From: Monocercomonoides exilis PA203
Taxonomy: Eukaryota > Protista > Preaxostyla
Direction of reading: 5' to 3'
DNA: 64,000 bases
Assembly: GCA_001643675.2 (NCBI GenBank)
Contig: LSRY02000004.1
Span: forward strand, 1,426,001 to 1,490,000
Shown here: piece by piece, positions 1 through 12,452 of the stretch
Layout of the letters: the number at the start of each line of letters is the position of its first letter
Numbering within the stretch: the stretch's first letter is position 1
The notes under the pieces: generated by a model
Told to the model about the DNA's origin: nothing
What the model saw: only the letters and a program-made list of their open reading frames with translations
The model's database searches: none
Made by a program: the position numbers and the translations under genes

Positions 1-75
1 TGTCTTCATTTTTTCTTTGATAAATACTTGTGTGTTTATGTTTTTGATTCATTTGTTGTGTGACGTATAAATTAG

Positions 76-1603
76 CATCTGAGATGGACGAAGAAGAGCC
101 GCAGCAAGACCCAGCGTGGCAGCACCTGCAATTTGTGTATGAAATCCTCTTCCGTTTTGTGCTGTCGAACGAGGTTGACCCGAAAGTAGCCATCAAATAC
201 TTCACCACCGACTTCATTTCATCCATCATTGACTTGTTTGATTCTGACGATCCGAGAGAGCGAGATGGGCTGAAATCGACGCTGCACCGGATATATTCCC
301 GCTTCTGGCCGCGCCGCCCGTTCATCCGCACAGCCATCTCACACAAGTTCCACAGACTGATTGACGATCAGATCCCGTTCAATGGCATTGCCGAGCTGTT
401 GGAGATTTTGGGTTCAATCATCCACGGCTTCGGGGTGCCGGTGAAACAGGAGCATCGACTGTTCCTGCAGCACACGTTGCTTCCGCTGCACAAGGCGTAT
501 GTTTTGAAGTGGAAGCAGTTTTTTATTTTAATTTTGATATGAAACATAAATTTTTAGTTGGTTTTGATGATATTTTGATTGCGAAGCAAGAATTGGATAT
601 TGGAGAGCATTTTATTTTATTTTATTGTTATGATTTTTTTTTTAAATGGCATCATTATTTCATTCAATATATTTTCTTTCTCTAAATAATCATTCAACAC
701 CATCTATTCATTCTTATGCAATTGCTCATTCACAGCCCTCGTATTGCCACATTCCACATGCAGCTGTCTAACTGTATGATTCTCTTCATCGAAAAGGAGC
801 CGCAGCTGTCTCGTCTGATCATCTCTTCCTTAATTCACTTCTGGCCGAAGACGAATTCGCCCAAGCAGATCCTGTTCCTTGCGGAGATGGAAGACATTTT
901 GGACTCTCTTTCACTGGAAGACCTTCACCCGCTCACGCCCATCCTGTTCAAGAAGATCGCAGAGTGCATCCAATCGCCTCATTTCCAGGTGGCTGAGCGA
1001 GCTTTGTCTCTGCTGTCAAATGAATACATCCTGCAGCTTATCTCGCAGACGCGGCAGTCGACGATCCCTGTCTTGTTCATGGCTCTGTACACCAACACAA
1101 AACAGCACTGGAACAACTCGGTGATTTCTCTGACGTTCTCTGCATTGAAGCTGCTGATGGAGATGGACTCGAAGCTGTTTTCGCAGTGTGCTACTTCATT
1201 CAAAAAGAAGAATGAGATGGAGCACACACAGAGAGTGACACGCGATGCGAAGTGGGAAGTGGCAGAGCGGATCGCAAAGAGGAGGAGAGAAGAAGGAGGA
1301 AGTGGTGGTGGAGCTAGTGGAGCAAATGCAGTTGCTTTTGGGGCGAGTGGAGAAAGAGGAGAAAGAGGAGACAGGTTGAATGGGAGTATGAATTGGGCAA
1401 GGTCTGCGAGGGACGGGAGAGGAGAAGAGAGAGAAATGAATTCGGCAGCTGATACGATTGGAATGAGTGCGCAGAGCGTCAGAGCAGCGGCAGTTGCGAT
1501 GAAAGAGAAAGAGAGAGAAGAAAGGGCAGCACGAGAAGATGCGGCAGGAGATGGAATGGGCAAGGCAGATGCGTTGCAATATGGTGTGATTGAAAGGAGA
1601 TGA
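76..1603 (+). CDS. Protein phosphatase 2A regulatory subunit B56/B' family (5' part outside the window; exon 76-496, then exon from 736)
   Basis: B56 motifs WQHLQFVYEILFRF, LFDSDDPRERDGLKSTLHRIY, NGIAELLEILGSIIHGF, FWPKTNSPKQILFL, SPHFQVAERAL, HWN. GT..AG intron 497-735 restores HKAPRIA in frame. May splice further into 1811-3306 (see findings). Confidence 0.93.
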
Positions 1604-1810
1604 AAGGATGGAGAACACCTTTTTTTTTTTTGTTGGATATGGTGTTTCATTCCTTGAATGAAGAAATTTGTACTTTTATTATTATTATTCTTATTATATT
1701 AAAACATTCGTTTTTTTATTTTCCTTTTCCTTTATTGTTTTGCGTATTTTATTCCTCCTCATTTATCAAATAATTTTTTTTTTTTTTGAATGTATTTCTG
1801 ATTAATGCAG

Positions 1811-3306
1811 CGAACAAAGAAAAAGAAGGCACTTCACTCATTAATCCGTCGCATCCGGCATTATCTTCAAACTTAGGAATGCCATCACTTGGATCAGCAT
1901 CTTCATTATCAGCTGGCGGCTCGCAAATCAATCCATCCGCTTCTTCGAATATGTTGGCATCTTCTCCTTCTCCTTCCCCTGCCTCTTCTCCTTCTTCGTC
2001 ACTTTCTTCATTGACACAAGTCAATCCAAGCCCAACCTCGTCGCTCACCAGCATTGGTTCATCTAATGCGAATGCTGGCGAGATTTCACGGCGCAATCTT
2101 ATGCCATCGTCGTCTGCAGCACCAAACACACTGCACCCTTCGCAATCTTCATCCACTCCACCCACTTTCTCTCGCTTGACATTGCGTTCTGCTTCTTCTT
2201 CATCTGCTTCATCTATTTCTTCAACTTCGCTTCAATCCTCATCATCAATTCCATCGACTTCATCTTCTTCTTCCCAATTGTCATCTTCTTCCTCTCCTTC
2301 TTCTTCTTCTTCTTCCAGCACTTCTTCTCTTCAATCATCCAATCCGTCGCTCACCCGCATCCGCTCCAACCGCCAGGGCTCGCCTTCCTCGCCGCCGTAT
2401 TCGCTTTCTGAGCGCTATGCAGACAGCTCCCACCGCACTTCATCGACATCGCCACTGTCTGCCATGTCTTCCACTTCTCAGTCAGCAAACGCCTCGTCCT
2501 CTGCTTCAGCTCAGCCTTCGTCTTTGTCACACTCATCAGTCAGTATGAATGCTTCTTTCTCTGCTTCCTCAAACCCGTCCGCGTCTTCTTCTAATTCTTC
2601 AAATTCTTCTTCAGCCATTGCGTCGTCTGCAGCACACCATCACCACCATCACCACCACTCGCCAATAACATCTTCCTCTTCCTCTTCCTCCTCTTCTTCT
2701 TCACATTCTCCTTCTCCTGCTTCTCACGCTGGTGGTATCAACCCAGGTGGAAGCAATGCAGCAAGCAACACAGCTGGCATGCCCTCAACAGCTTATACGA
2801 CTGCCCCTCTTTCTTCGATGCCTTCTTCTGCTTCTGCTTCAGGCTTCATGCCATCGTCCATGGCTCCTTCATTCATTCGTCACTCGTCCTCGCCTGCTTC
2901 CACATATTCGATGGCGACTGCGCCTATTTCTGTGACTCAGACATCGTCTCCTCGAACTTCTTATAATAAATCAACCTCCTCGTTGGGGTCTTCTTCTTCA
3001 TCATCATTAACTTCTTCTTCTGGTGGTGGTGGTGCTATTCCGCTTTCTCACTCCTTCTCTTCCACTCGTCCTTCGTCTGGCCCTTCAACGCGTCCACCGC
3101 ACTCTTCTTCTTCATTCCTTGGAAGCGGAGCTGGAGGCGGAGGAGCAGGCTACGGAGGCGGGCGCTCAACTGGGATGTCGTATTCTCAGTCTGCACAATC
3201 AGGATCTTCTATTCCTTCTTCTTCCTCCTCCTCTTCTTCTTCTTCTTCCACTTCTAATTCGACTTCTGCAAGTTCTCGGGGTGTTCGAACGATAGGAAGG
3301 AAGTGA
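1811..3306 (+). CDS. Ser/Pro/His-rich low-complexity exon, probably the last exon of the B56 gene
   Basis: ~500-codon open frame preceded by a pyrimidine tract and CAG (1808-1810); phase-compatible with a GTGTGA donor at 1584. Confidence 0.6.
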
Positions 3307-4712
3307 TATGAGATTGAAATTAAAAAGAGAAGAGAGAAATAAATGCGTTTGAAGAGAAAGCGTAAATGATTGGAATGGAAGAAAATGTTGATAGTTGAAT
3401 GATATTGCGCAAAATGAAAGTTGGTTAAAAAGCATGTCATTTTACACATTTCTTTTTTGTTTTTGATTTTTTTTTTTTTTGTGACTCATGAATGATGTTC
3501 TTTGAAACAAATGTTAGAAATGTCGTGCAGTTCATTCATTGTTTGTTTTCTTTTTATCTTCTCGAAGGAATTATGAAATAAAATTAGAATAGCTTTCGAT
3601 TTTAATCTTCATTTTCTTTTTATTATTTCCGCAATAATGTGGCAATTCACTTCAAAAGTTGATATTTGATTAAAGACACTACATCAAAAAAAATGGCAAA
3701 TGGGTATGATACGACCAGTAAAAATTCATATCATAACGATTTCATTTTCATATTCCTATCAGATAATTCAATACTATAATGAAGATAAAGTCGATTTTTA
3801 TCATCAATTTTGATTGTAAAAGAAACTTATTATTTTTTCAATTTTTGAATTATGGCAAAAAATTATATTCACATTCAAGCCGTAATATATTTATGAACGA
3901 AGTAAAAATGAAATTTCTTTTAGGGTTAACCCTAATTCATAGAGTTCTGTTGTTAAATTACGTTAATAGGAAAAAAAACCAAAAAGAAAACATGATTAAA
4001 TTAAATGATGGGTTTGATCAAAGATTTTTATCTCAATAAGATTTTTATCTTTGGTAGAAAATTAAATTATTGAATAGAATTTAATGACTGAACTTTATTA
4101 ATGAGTTCGTTAAGCCCAGTTTCGATACAGTTTTGTGTGTTTTCAAGAAAAAAATCATCACTAGCCGAATAATCCCCTTTTGCAAAAAAAATCAGTGAAG
4201 AATTTTGTTTGTATTATTTTTGGAGAAATACAAAAAGAAATAAAAAACAATTGAGTGAATATTTTTAATTCCATTCTGATCAATTCGTTCAACATTAAAA
4301 CTCCTTTAATTGTCATTAAAAATTGATATATGACTCAAAATAAATAATTAATAAATCACTAGAAGTGAGAATGAAACTCTAAAAAAACTATTGTGAAAGA
4401 AATCACTTTTCTATAAATAAATTTCATTCTTATCTATTTAACAATAAAATTTTGTGCTTTTTCTTCCTAATTGACAATTGTAAACAATAAAACATCAAAT
4501 AAATGAAAAGCACAAGAAACGAAAGCACACAAATAACAAGGTTTTATTATGAAAAAGGCACAGAAATTTTCAACCCTGAAAAAAACAACAAACTATTATC
4601 AAGACTTCTACAGAAATCTAAAATTCAAAAAACATAATAATATGTAACACTATTACAATAAAACAAATAGCAAGATAATTTAATAGCGAAATAAAAAAAT
4701 TACTAAAAAATT

Positions 4713-7700
4713 TCATTCTTCGAGATAAGGTTCCTGCGAATCCGAAGGAATTTCAATCTGTTTTGTTTCTGAACCATAGTCAAAAATGCTACCTGAAAGA
4801 AATTGGTTCGCTTTTCCTTTCTCTCTGCTGTCTGAAGCATCTGAATTTATTGAACTTAAAAGAGGCTTCTTTTCTCCATATTCAGTGAGCAGAAGCTTCC
4901 TTTTCAACCGCTTTCGTAAGAAAATCATTGCTACAGTGAAACAAACACCGATCATAACGATAACAGTAGATACCGTAATCACAATTATCATTATTGTTCT
5001 GTTTGTTCCGCTGAGTTCTTTTCCTTCAATTACGCACAATGGAACAGTTGTCATTTTATGATTGAGTGTAACCTCGTCCAAAAACTTTAACACAACGTAT
5101 ACATTTGATTCATCAGTACGCTCCACAACATCAAGAGGAAATATTGCAGAAACTGCATTTTCGTGGCTGCAGCTCAGTTCGCGGCTCTCCGCTATTTCGA
5201 TGAGCTCGTTTGTGACCTTCCCTGCATTTGTCTTGTTTGCAAGTAATTTCATCAAAAGACCACAATTTACAAGGCATTTTCCTGTGAGTGTAACTTCACA
5301 GTATTTTCCTTTCGTATTCGTTGTCACATCTTTTGGCTGTGGAGTGAACATACTTGACATCAAATCCAGAGGAAAGTCATAAAGTGCGCAGTTGTTTTTT
5401 TCTATCCAAAAGTTCTTTATTGATTGTATCTCCTTCTCTTCATCTTCGCTGTTTCTGTTCCACTGATTGACCTTTTTTCCTTCAGTGTAATCTTCTGAGC
5501 CCGTTTGGTTTTTGTCTTGTAAAAGCTGAATCACACCTATACGTTCCACTATCTTTGATTCGTCTATTCTGCATCTGACGTTATGAGCTACACTAAGAAA
5601 CGAACCTATTCCAACAGAATTCCCTTTCAAAGAAGCAGCATCAATTACCAAATAGCTGTTTTCTGTATAAATAGCTCCTTCTTGCTTTGTTCTGAAAGTC
5701 GTGTTGCTCAAAAATGCATAGCTGTCAACGAAACTTATGAAAGAGCTGTTCCATGTGCATACGTCATTTTCTGTGTTTTCCTGTACTTCTCCTGTTGAAG
5801 AAAATGTATCTACAAAAGCAAAGCTGCAGTTTTGAATTTGAACACTGCCACAGTTGCTGGCAGCCAAAAAGAAGCCATTTCCGGGCATATAAGAACTGAT
5901 GGAGACGTTTGTGCCAATGAACTGTAGAGGTATAAGAATTGAAATTGAAGATTGTGCAGCATGTGGCTCAGTGTGAGAGGACAAGAATGAGGAAGAAAAC
6001 GTTTGACGAAATGTAGATAAATTTGAGGAAGATGAAAAGGAAGAAGAGAATGAAGTGGGTTTTGAAATGAATTTATTTTCATTTTTTTCAAAGGTATTTT
6101 GTTCCTTTGTTGAAAACACAATCAACGATTTTTGATCATTGACAGAAATGTCACTCAAGCTGCATTCCTTCAGACTCACATTCGTTTTATATTTGTCTTC
6201 AAGCTGAGAGCAATCAATAAAAAATGAGTTTTTGTTAAACAGAACCTTATTAACGTTCACCAATTCACATATCAGTGATCCTACATCAATCTTGAACAAG
6301 GTAGGAATAGTCATCTCTTGTTTTGCAGAAGTGATGATGCAGTGCTCAACAGTAAATGTACTTTCTTCATTGATCAGGAAAATAAATTTTACAGGCAAGT
6401 CAGCATTGATCTTTACATTCGTGTTACTCAGCGAGCACTTTCCTTTGATAGTAATATCAGCATCTGTTAATCCATCGCCTTCTCTCTGCCCTGTTGGTTG
6501 TTCCAATGCCTCGTTTTGATCTACAGTTTGCTGGGTGTTTTCAAGCAGAAGTCCAGCGTCATCTGTTTCTCCTCTCACGCAGAGCGACACCCACGAAACA
6601 GAAATGAAAAGTGAAGCCTCGCCAATAACATGGAGTATGAGTTGCTCTTCTTCATGTTTGAGTTTTTGTTTATTTCTAGCAAATTTTGAATTGCTGTGAG
6701 TGTAATCAAACAAATGTAGGGGAGTCAATGCTGTTGAAGAGACTAAATGAGTCATTGCATAATTCACTGTGTGACATGGAATGGCTTCCTTTCCACAAAA
6801 AAAGATGTCCAAGCCACCGGCTTGTTTGGCGGCTTCACGCTTTGTATTACCTAAAGACATGTGGGATGAATATGAATTAGATAACGAAATTAGCTCGGAC
6901 TGTTGTTTTGTCGATTCTTTTAATCCGTTAACATAAATGGATGTACTTCGATATGCAACAAAATTCAGATAGTCAACAATTTTTCTGTCTTCTTCGCTTT
7001 CAGCTCCAATAGAATTTTCCTCTTTCCAAAAAGCGTTACGGAAATTTATCCCAATTTTCTGTGATTCTTCTTTGTTTGAAATGCTAGGGCATTTTAAAAA
7101 AATATCACGTCCAATTGTTGCACGGTTCCGAAATACATCAACCTCTTTGAAGGCAAATGGAAATTTGAGAAAATTGAACTCCAAAAATATAGCACCCCCT
7201 TTCGTCATATCAATGGAAAGTTTATCGTTTATTCCGTTGTCGCTGAAAGAACAGTTTGAGAATAAAAGTTCAGAATTTTCTTCTTCCTCTTCGGTTTCAA
7301 CTCCTTTTGAGTTGATATTGCGCCAGCAAACACATCCACCCCAAGGACTAGATCCATCCGAACATGTAAACTGGTTTAATGTGGAATTACTTATTTCCAG
7401 CCTCTGTTGTAAGCTCCCAGTTCTTCGAAGAAAACGTCCTTCCAAAATTTCATCTGCATCATTTGCAAGATAGTTGTTAATTTTTCTCTTGCCATTTTTG
7501 CTTTTGAATGAAAAATTCGAAATCAATACATTTTCCTGAAATTGTCCATAATTTTTCCTAACTTGAAAATTTTCTTTAAAAGACATTGCAATAACATCGC
7601 TTTTAAAATGGACTTTATCTATCACAATATTTCTTAATTGAATCGACTGGGCATAAAAAGATATTCCAAAGATAGGAGCAGAAATCAAGGTGTCCTCTCC

Positions 7701-10700
7701 TTGAATGAGTACATTATTGAGTAGTAGACCTCCTAATTCAACATGAAAGAGCACATAGTCTATAGACTGTTTGTCTGTCATAGGGGCGAACGAAATTTCT
7801 ATATCTTTGATCAGAGAAAAGCCTCCTATGATGTCGATGCAATACATCGTATCTCCTTTCATTCTGCGCAGAATAAAGTTTACATTTGCGATGTCAGAGC
7901 TTTCATTAAAAGTGATGATACTATGCAAGGTGCCGCTAAATTCAGGACTCACCTCAATCTTCCCAACTATCCCCATCCCGCTGGACGAACAAATGGATGT
8001 CGATGTCAAGATTTGTGGTGTTGTTAGATACACCAAATCAATAACACATGCTGTACGAGGCACCACAAGATGCTCCCAGCCATATATCAATGTTCGGCAT
8101 GGGAGTTCTCGCGTACCGCAGCGCGTGAAGTCTGTGCCACGCGAAGAAGAAAAAAATATTGTTTGGTTGTTGTACGGTGAAAGTAACTCCCACACATCGA
8201 TTCCTGTTTTATAGTTCAAATCATCAAAGCATCCAATTTGCACTTCTTTGGTTGACTGATAAACGAAAGTAAATATTGTTTGGATATTTATATCCAACAG
8301 GGAAGATGTAAAAAATACCATATCTCTGCATTGCTTTGCTGAATTATTCATAAATGTTATTTGATCAAAAATAGAAGTGGCTCCTTTTTCCAATCTCACT
8401 TTCAATGCACCAGCATATTCTTTAGCAGAACACGATATAAATGAGCTATTTGTGATCACAAAACCAGCACGTTCGTTCAAATTGATTGCCAAAAAGCCGC
8501 CTGACTTATAGGAAGTTCTCGTCAAGTTAGCTGTAACGTTCCGCAGGGTCAGAGAACCTGGATAGGAAATTGAAGATTCATAAAAGATGGGTTTACTTAA
8601 ACTGGAACAAATGTTTTGAAAAACACTGTCGAGAACGCTAACTGAAGCAAGGCCATTGGATTTCACAAGAGAACTGAACGGGTCAAACAGTAAATCCAAA
8701 AAAGCGCTTCCAACGATCGAGATTCTCACTTGATTCAAAAGTGCAAAAAAATAAAAATAATTGTCGGAATTTGCACGACTTTTTTCATTATTGCAGCTTA
8801 ATCCTTCTTCTAAATTAGTAGATCTGCAATAATCGTTTTCACACTTTACGATTACATGATCCAACAAAATAGTTGAAGAATTAAAAGGGTCATTGACCTT
8901 AATTATTGAATCATATTTGTAAGTCACATTCTTTGGCAACAACATAGTAAGGTTTTCCAATATAAATTTTACTGCTGAAAGACCAAAAAACGAATTAGTA
9001 AATCCTCCTTCATTTTGGCAGTCAAAAACAATTGTTCCACCATTATTTCCATTAATTTCCAAATCTATTGAATCTATATTGCACATTCCATTTGTGGATG
9101 TTTTGGCATTTGATGGAACAGTAAGCATCAAATTTTCATTCTCAAAAACATGCTCCAAAGCTTGAGGTATCGTCTGGCACGGCTGTTGTGGTGAAGATCC
9201 GCAAGCAGCACTGTACTGAGAAGCAGAGTTCAATTCGATAATGCGCTGAGCAGTTTCAAATGAATTTCTCAGATAAATATTTTTATCTTGTTCGCTTCGC
9301 AATGTTTGAACAACTGCATATATACTGTGCTGAGTTGTTTTGCATAACGAAAAGAACTTGAGTCCATCATCATAATCAGATTCACTCATTATAAAAACGT
9401 CCCGCGCGATTAAAGTTCCTCGATTAATAGCGAAATAGCTTGCATACACACAATAAGGAAGGTCATCAGACAATCTCTTTTTAGCCCTCAAAAAATTAAG
9501 GTTAACAATGTCGAAGTAAATAGCTCCTCCACTCTTGGCCCGGCAGCCAGAAAAATCGCACTCAAGCACAAATGTTTTCTCCATATCATTTTTTATCAAA
9601 AGGCCGCCTCCTCTTCCTTGTGATGTGCAGTCAAAAAATGTGCTTTGCATGCACAATGGCTTGTCTCCTCCGAAGCGTTTGCTCAGCTCCACATTCTGCT
9701 CTGCCTGTTTCCAAATGTCTTTGTTTTCAGGCAAATTTGTACATTCAATGTTTGATAAAATGTCGTCATTTTGATTGGTGAGAATTTGATCTTTGTGCAA
9801 ATGGTCTTTTCTCTTGAATCTTTCAGTCATTTTCTGTTCGTAAACAACACATGCATCACCAAATGAATTGCAATAAAGAAATATGCATTGTTTTATAGTT
9901 GGTTGTTGTGTGCTTATTATATGAACAGCTCCAGCACCTATGAAATTATTATGATTCGAATTCTTGAATGTTATAAAGCGAAATGTGCTGTTTTCAAGTG
10001 TTAAAGCTATATTTCCTTCAGCATATATAGCTCCTCCAGATCCAACTTGACTCATACAATCTTCAAAATAGCACCATTTTACAACGAGAGTAATCGTATC
10101 CTCAACTTGTGCTTCTAAAAAGATGCACTGTCCGGATTCAATACCCTCTGAATGATACCATTCGCATGAATCAAAGATAAACTCCTTATCGTCAGAAGGA
10201 TCGAGCAAAGTTCTTTCGAGTGTTTTGTTTGAGTAATGTTTATTTGCCCTTCGTGAGCACGAAACGTGTGATGAATTAACATTATTTAGCAAACACATAT
10301 CAGCATAGATCAAAGGGATTATTGTACTATCATACACTCCACATACATGGTCGAATGCACAACCCATAATTTTACAATTACAAGAGCATATTCCCAGTTC
10401 GTTGTTGTTCAGGGATTGTTTTGCACTAACATTGAAAAAGGTGGAGCTATGCAGCTCCAATGATGATCCAATCGTTGATGGGGAAAAGAAAGTTGATGAC
10501 ATTGAAACAGAGCCAAATGACGAAGACGATATAATAACTAATTGCGAAGGATTTGAGACTGAAATTTTTGTTCTCAGTGATATTAATGAATTTATTTCCA
10601 CAGATTTTGAGCTGCACGTCAATGAAATGTTCTCAAGTTGCAAGAAACTTCCTGCTTGAATAAATGGGAAGTTTGCCCTGCAACCTCCAGAATATGCTAC

Positions 10701-11090
10701 GCAACTAATCATTGAGACATTTGAAAAATCATCTTGCTGGAGCGTGATGTCTTCACAACTGAAAACAATGCACACTCGTTTAATTGAGATTGTCGAGTTT
10801 GAAATTCTTGAAATCGTTCGTAAATAGCTCATTTCGTTAAACACATTTATATCCCAATCTCTGGAATTGTTTAATTTCATTGCCGCATTATCGGGGGTTT
10901 GTTGCATGTAAAACAAACTACTATTTTTAATTCGATCAGAATTTAATGTTGTGATTTGCTTTGGTACACTATTCAAGCGAAATATATCAGTGAATTGAGT
11001 GGCTGATTCATACTGTAATTCCGTGCAATTCATCTGAGCAAATAAATTTAAAATAAATACGCATTCCATAAATAGACAAAAAATGGTCAT
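4713..11090 (-). CDS. 2125-aa intronless type I membrane/surface protein, probable beta-helix (pectin-lyase-like) repeats
   Basis: Hydrophobic N-terminus, C-terminal TM (IMIIVITVSTVIVMIGVCFTVAMIFL then RKRLKRK), repeated GGAIY/GGAIF and FxxC/FxxN motifs, three CG-x4/5-PC-x-T motifs. Confidence 0.75.
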   Translation of the reverse strand: MTIFCLFMECVFILNLFAQMNCTELQYESATQFTDIFRLNSVPKQITTLNSDRIKNSSLFYMQQTPDNAAMKLNNSRDWDINVFNEMSYLRTISRISNSTISIKRVCIVFSCEDITLQQDDFSNVSMISCVAYSGGCRANFPFIQAGSFLQLENISLTCSSKSVEINSLISLRTKISVSNPSQLVIISSSSFGSVSMSSTFFSPSTIGSSLELHSSTFFNVSAKQSLNNNELGICSCNCKIMGCAFDHVCGVYDSTIIPLIYADMCLLNNVNSSHVSCSRRANKHYSNKTLERTLLDPSDDKEFIFDSCEWYHSEGIESGQCIFLEAQVEDTITLVVKWCYFEDCMSQVGSGGAIYAEGNIALTLENSTFRFITFKNSNHNNFIGAGAVHIISTQQPTIKQCIFLYCNSFGDACVVYEQKMTERFKRKDHLHKDQILTNQNDDILSNIECTNLPENKDIWKQAEQNVELSKRFGGDKPLCMQSTFFDCTSQGRGGGLLIKNDMEKTFVLECDFSGCRAKSGGAIYFDIVNLNFLRAKKRLSDDLPYCVYASYFAINRGTLIARDVFIMSESDYDDGLKFFSLCKTTQHSIYAVVQTLRSEQDKNIYLRNSFETAQRIIELNSASQYSAACGSSPQQPCQTIPQALEHVFENENLMLTVPSNAKTSTNGMCNIDSIDLEINGNNGGTIVFDCQNEGGFTNSFFGLSAVKFILENLTMLLPKNVTYKYDSIIKVNDPFNSSTILLDHVIVKCENDYCRSTNLEEGLSCNNEKSRANSDNYFYFFALLNQVRISIVGSAFLDLLFDPFSSLVKSNGLASVSVLDSVFQNICSSLSKPIFYESSISYPGSLTLRNVTANLTRTSYKSGGFLAINLNERAGFVITNSSFISCSAKEYAGALKVRLEKGATSIFDQITFMNNSAKQCRDMVFFTSSLLDINIQTIFTFVYQSTKEVQIGCFDDLNYKTGIDVWELLSPYNNQTIFFSSSRGTDFTRCGTRELPCRTLIYGWEHLVVPRTACVIDLVYLTTPQILTSTSICSSSGMGIVGKIEVSPEFSGTLHSIITFNESSDIANVNFILRRMKGDTMYCIDIIGGFSLIKDIEISFAPMTDKQSIDYVLFHVELGGLLLNNVLIQGEDTLISAPIFGISFYAQSIQLRNIVIDKVHFKSDVIAMSFKENFQVRKNYGQFQENVLISNFSFKSKNGKRKINNYLANDADEILEGRFLRRTGSLQQRLEISNSTLNQFTCSDGSSPWGGCVCWRNINSKGVETEEEEENSELLFSNCSFSDNGINDKLSIDMTKGGAIFLEFNFLKFPFAFKEVDVFRNRATIGRDIFLKCPSISNKEESQKIGINFRNAFWKEENSIGAESEEDRKIVDYLNFVAYRSTSIYVNGLKESTKQQSELISLSNSYSSHMSLGNTKREAAKQAGGLDIFFCGKEAIPCHTVNYAMTHLVSSTALTPLHLFDYTHSNSKFARNKQKLKHEEEQLILHVIGEASLFISVSWVSLCVRGETDDAGLLLENTQQTVDQNEALEQPTGQREGDGLTDADITIKGKCSLSNTNVKINADLPVKFIFLINEESTFTVEHCIITSAKQEMTIPTLFKIDVGSLICELVNVNKVLFNKNSFFIDCSQLEDKYKTNVSLKECSLSDISVNDQKSLIVFSTKEQNTFEKNENKFISKPTSFSSSFSSSSNLSTFRQTFSSSFLSSHTEPHAAQSSISILIPLQFIGTNVSISSYMPGNGFFLAASNCGSVQIQNCSFAFVDTFSSTGEVQENTENDVCTWNSSFISFVDSYAFLSNTTFRTKQEGAIYTENSYLVIDAASLKGNSVGIGSFLSVAHNVRCRIDESKIVERIGVIQLLQDKNQTGSEDYTEGKKVNQWNRNSEDEEKEIQSIKNFWIEKNNCALYDFPLDLMSSMFTPQPKDVTTNTKGKYCEVTLTGKCLVNCGLLMKLLANKTNAGKVTNELIEIAESRELSCSHENAVSAIFPLDVVERTDESNVYVVLKFLDEVTLNHKMTTVPLCVIEGKELSGTNRTIMIIVITVSTVIVMIGVCFTVAMIFLRKRLKRKLLLTEYGEKKPLLSSINSDASDSREKGKANQFLSGSIFDYGSETKQIEIPSDSQEPYLEE

Positions 11091-11955
11091 TTCGTGAGCA
11101 TTAAAACAAAAAAGAATCGATGTTAATCTTTGAGCTTATTTGATTCCATAATAATGGGTATTTTTTCAATGTTGATGTTTGCTTGAAACTCACTAAATTG
11201 CAATATTCATATGTTCATTTTATTTAGAACTGTTTTTCAGTTCATTTATTGGACAAATATTGATTTTCAGTTATCCAAAAAAAAAAAATGATGAAAATGA
11301 ATCTTAACTATTTGATAGACAAATGAAAGTTATGAAAAGCGAACTGACGGTAAATGACAAAGGAAATGCCTGGAAATTAATTCTTATCTAAAAGCGAAAT
11401 TAATTGAAATCGTCGTTTAAAAGTTGTCACAAATTTCTTTTGTCAAATCAATTTATACTCAACAATTTGATGGAACGAGGTTTTCAGCAATTGAGTTGTT
11501 TATTTTCTCAGTGAAGAAAAGAAAAAATTTTTCTGATGTTGTATTTTCAATTGTTAAAATCAATATTTATCGATTCGAAACAATTTTATTAAAATAAATT
11601 AGCGAAATAAATCGTAAAGATAGAATGAAGTCTCGAATTTCACAATGTTGTTATCTTTTAAAATGAAAGTTTCACTAATGCATTTATCTTTTGAATTGAA
11701 TGAAGGAGAAATTTCTCTTTAGGTGCTACCAAAAAATTATAATTCATCATTCATTCCTGATTTGGTTTTTTTGTTATTATCTATGACATTTTCGTTTTTA
11801 TTTTTTTTATTCATATATATTTTTTTAATTTATATATATATATATTGTTTAAATTATGCAAATTTTCTTATAAGTTATTTGTTGTTTTATTATCAAAAAA
11901 AATCTTTCATATTTGAAATCATTTCATTTCACATTGAACTCAAAAAGATAAACAT

Positions 11956-12452
11956 GGGTGATTATTTTTGTAATCATAACTTTTTTCGGGATGCCGAATA
12001 TTTCTTCGTGGAATGGAATTAGCAAAATTTTTCTGATTCATATGGGTCATTCTTTTTGAAAAGTCGCAAAAGTTTAATTTTCAAATAAATCAAAAAATTC
12101 ATATTTTGCTCAAATTCTCGTTACCGCTCATGAATCTTCTTAACTATTCATGAAATGGCATTGTCAAGTTATAGATTCCATGTTAGTGAAGTTTGGTTTG
12201 TGTTAACAAAAATTTGAGCAAAATATGAATTTTTTGATTTATTTGAAAATTAAACTTTTGCGACTTTTCAAAAAGAATGACCCATATGTGAAGTTTCAAA
12301 AATTTTGCAATAAGCCAATGTCTGAGATAAATGCAATACAAAAATATTTATCAATTGTATTTCACTTTTTCAGCGCGCAATTATAACATTGGAAACAAAT
12401 TCTCAAATCGAAAATTTTGATTGAAAATATATGATTTCCAAAAGAATCACCC
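11956..12452. mobile_element. MITE family A (~253 bp net), interrupted by a family B MITE
   Basis: Ends GGGTGATTATTTTTG...AAAAGAATCACCC, flanked by direct ACAT (11952-55, 12453-56). Confidence 0.8.
12044..12283. mobile_element. MITE family B (240 bp, 73-bp TIRs)
   Basis: 12044-12116 is the reverse complement of 12211-12283; ATAT TSD; diverged second copy at 32488-32726. Confidence 0.92.

Noticed and set aside
3700-4180. Possible additional GGG-ended MITE
   Set aside because: AAAT-GGGT start present, but no matching CCC end with a TSD could be found.
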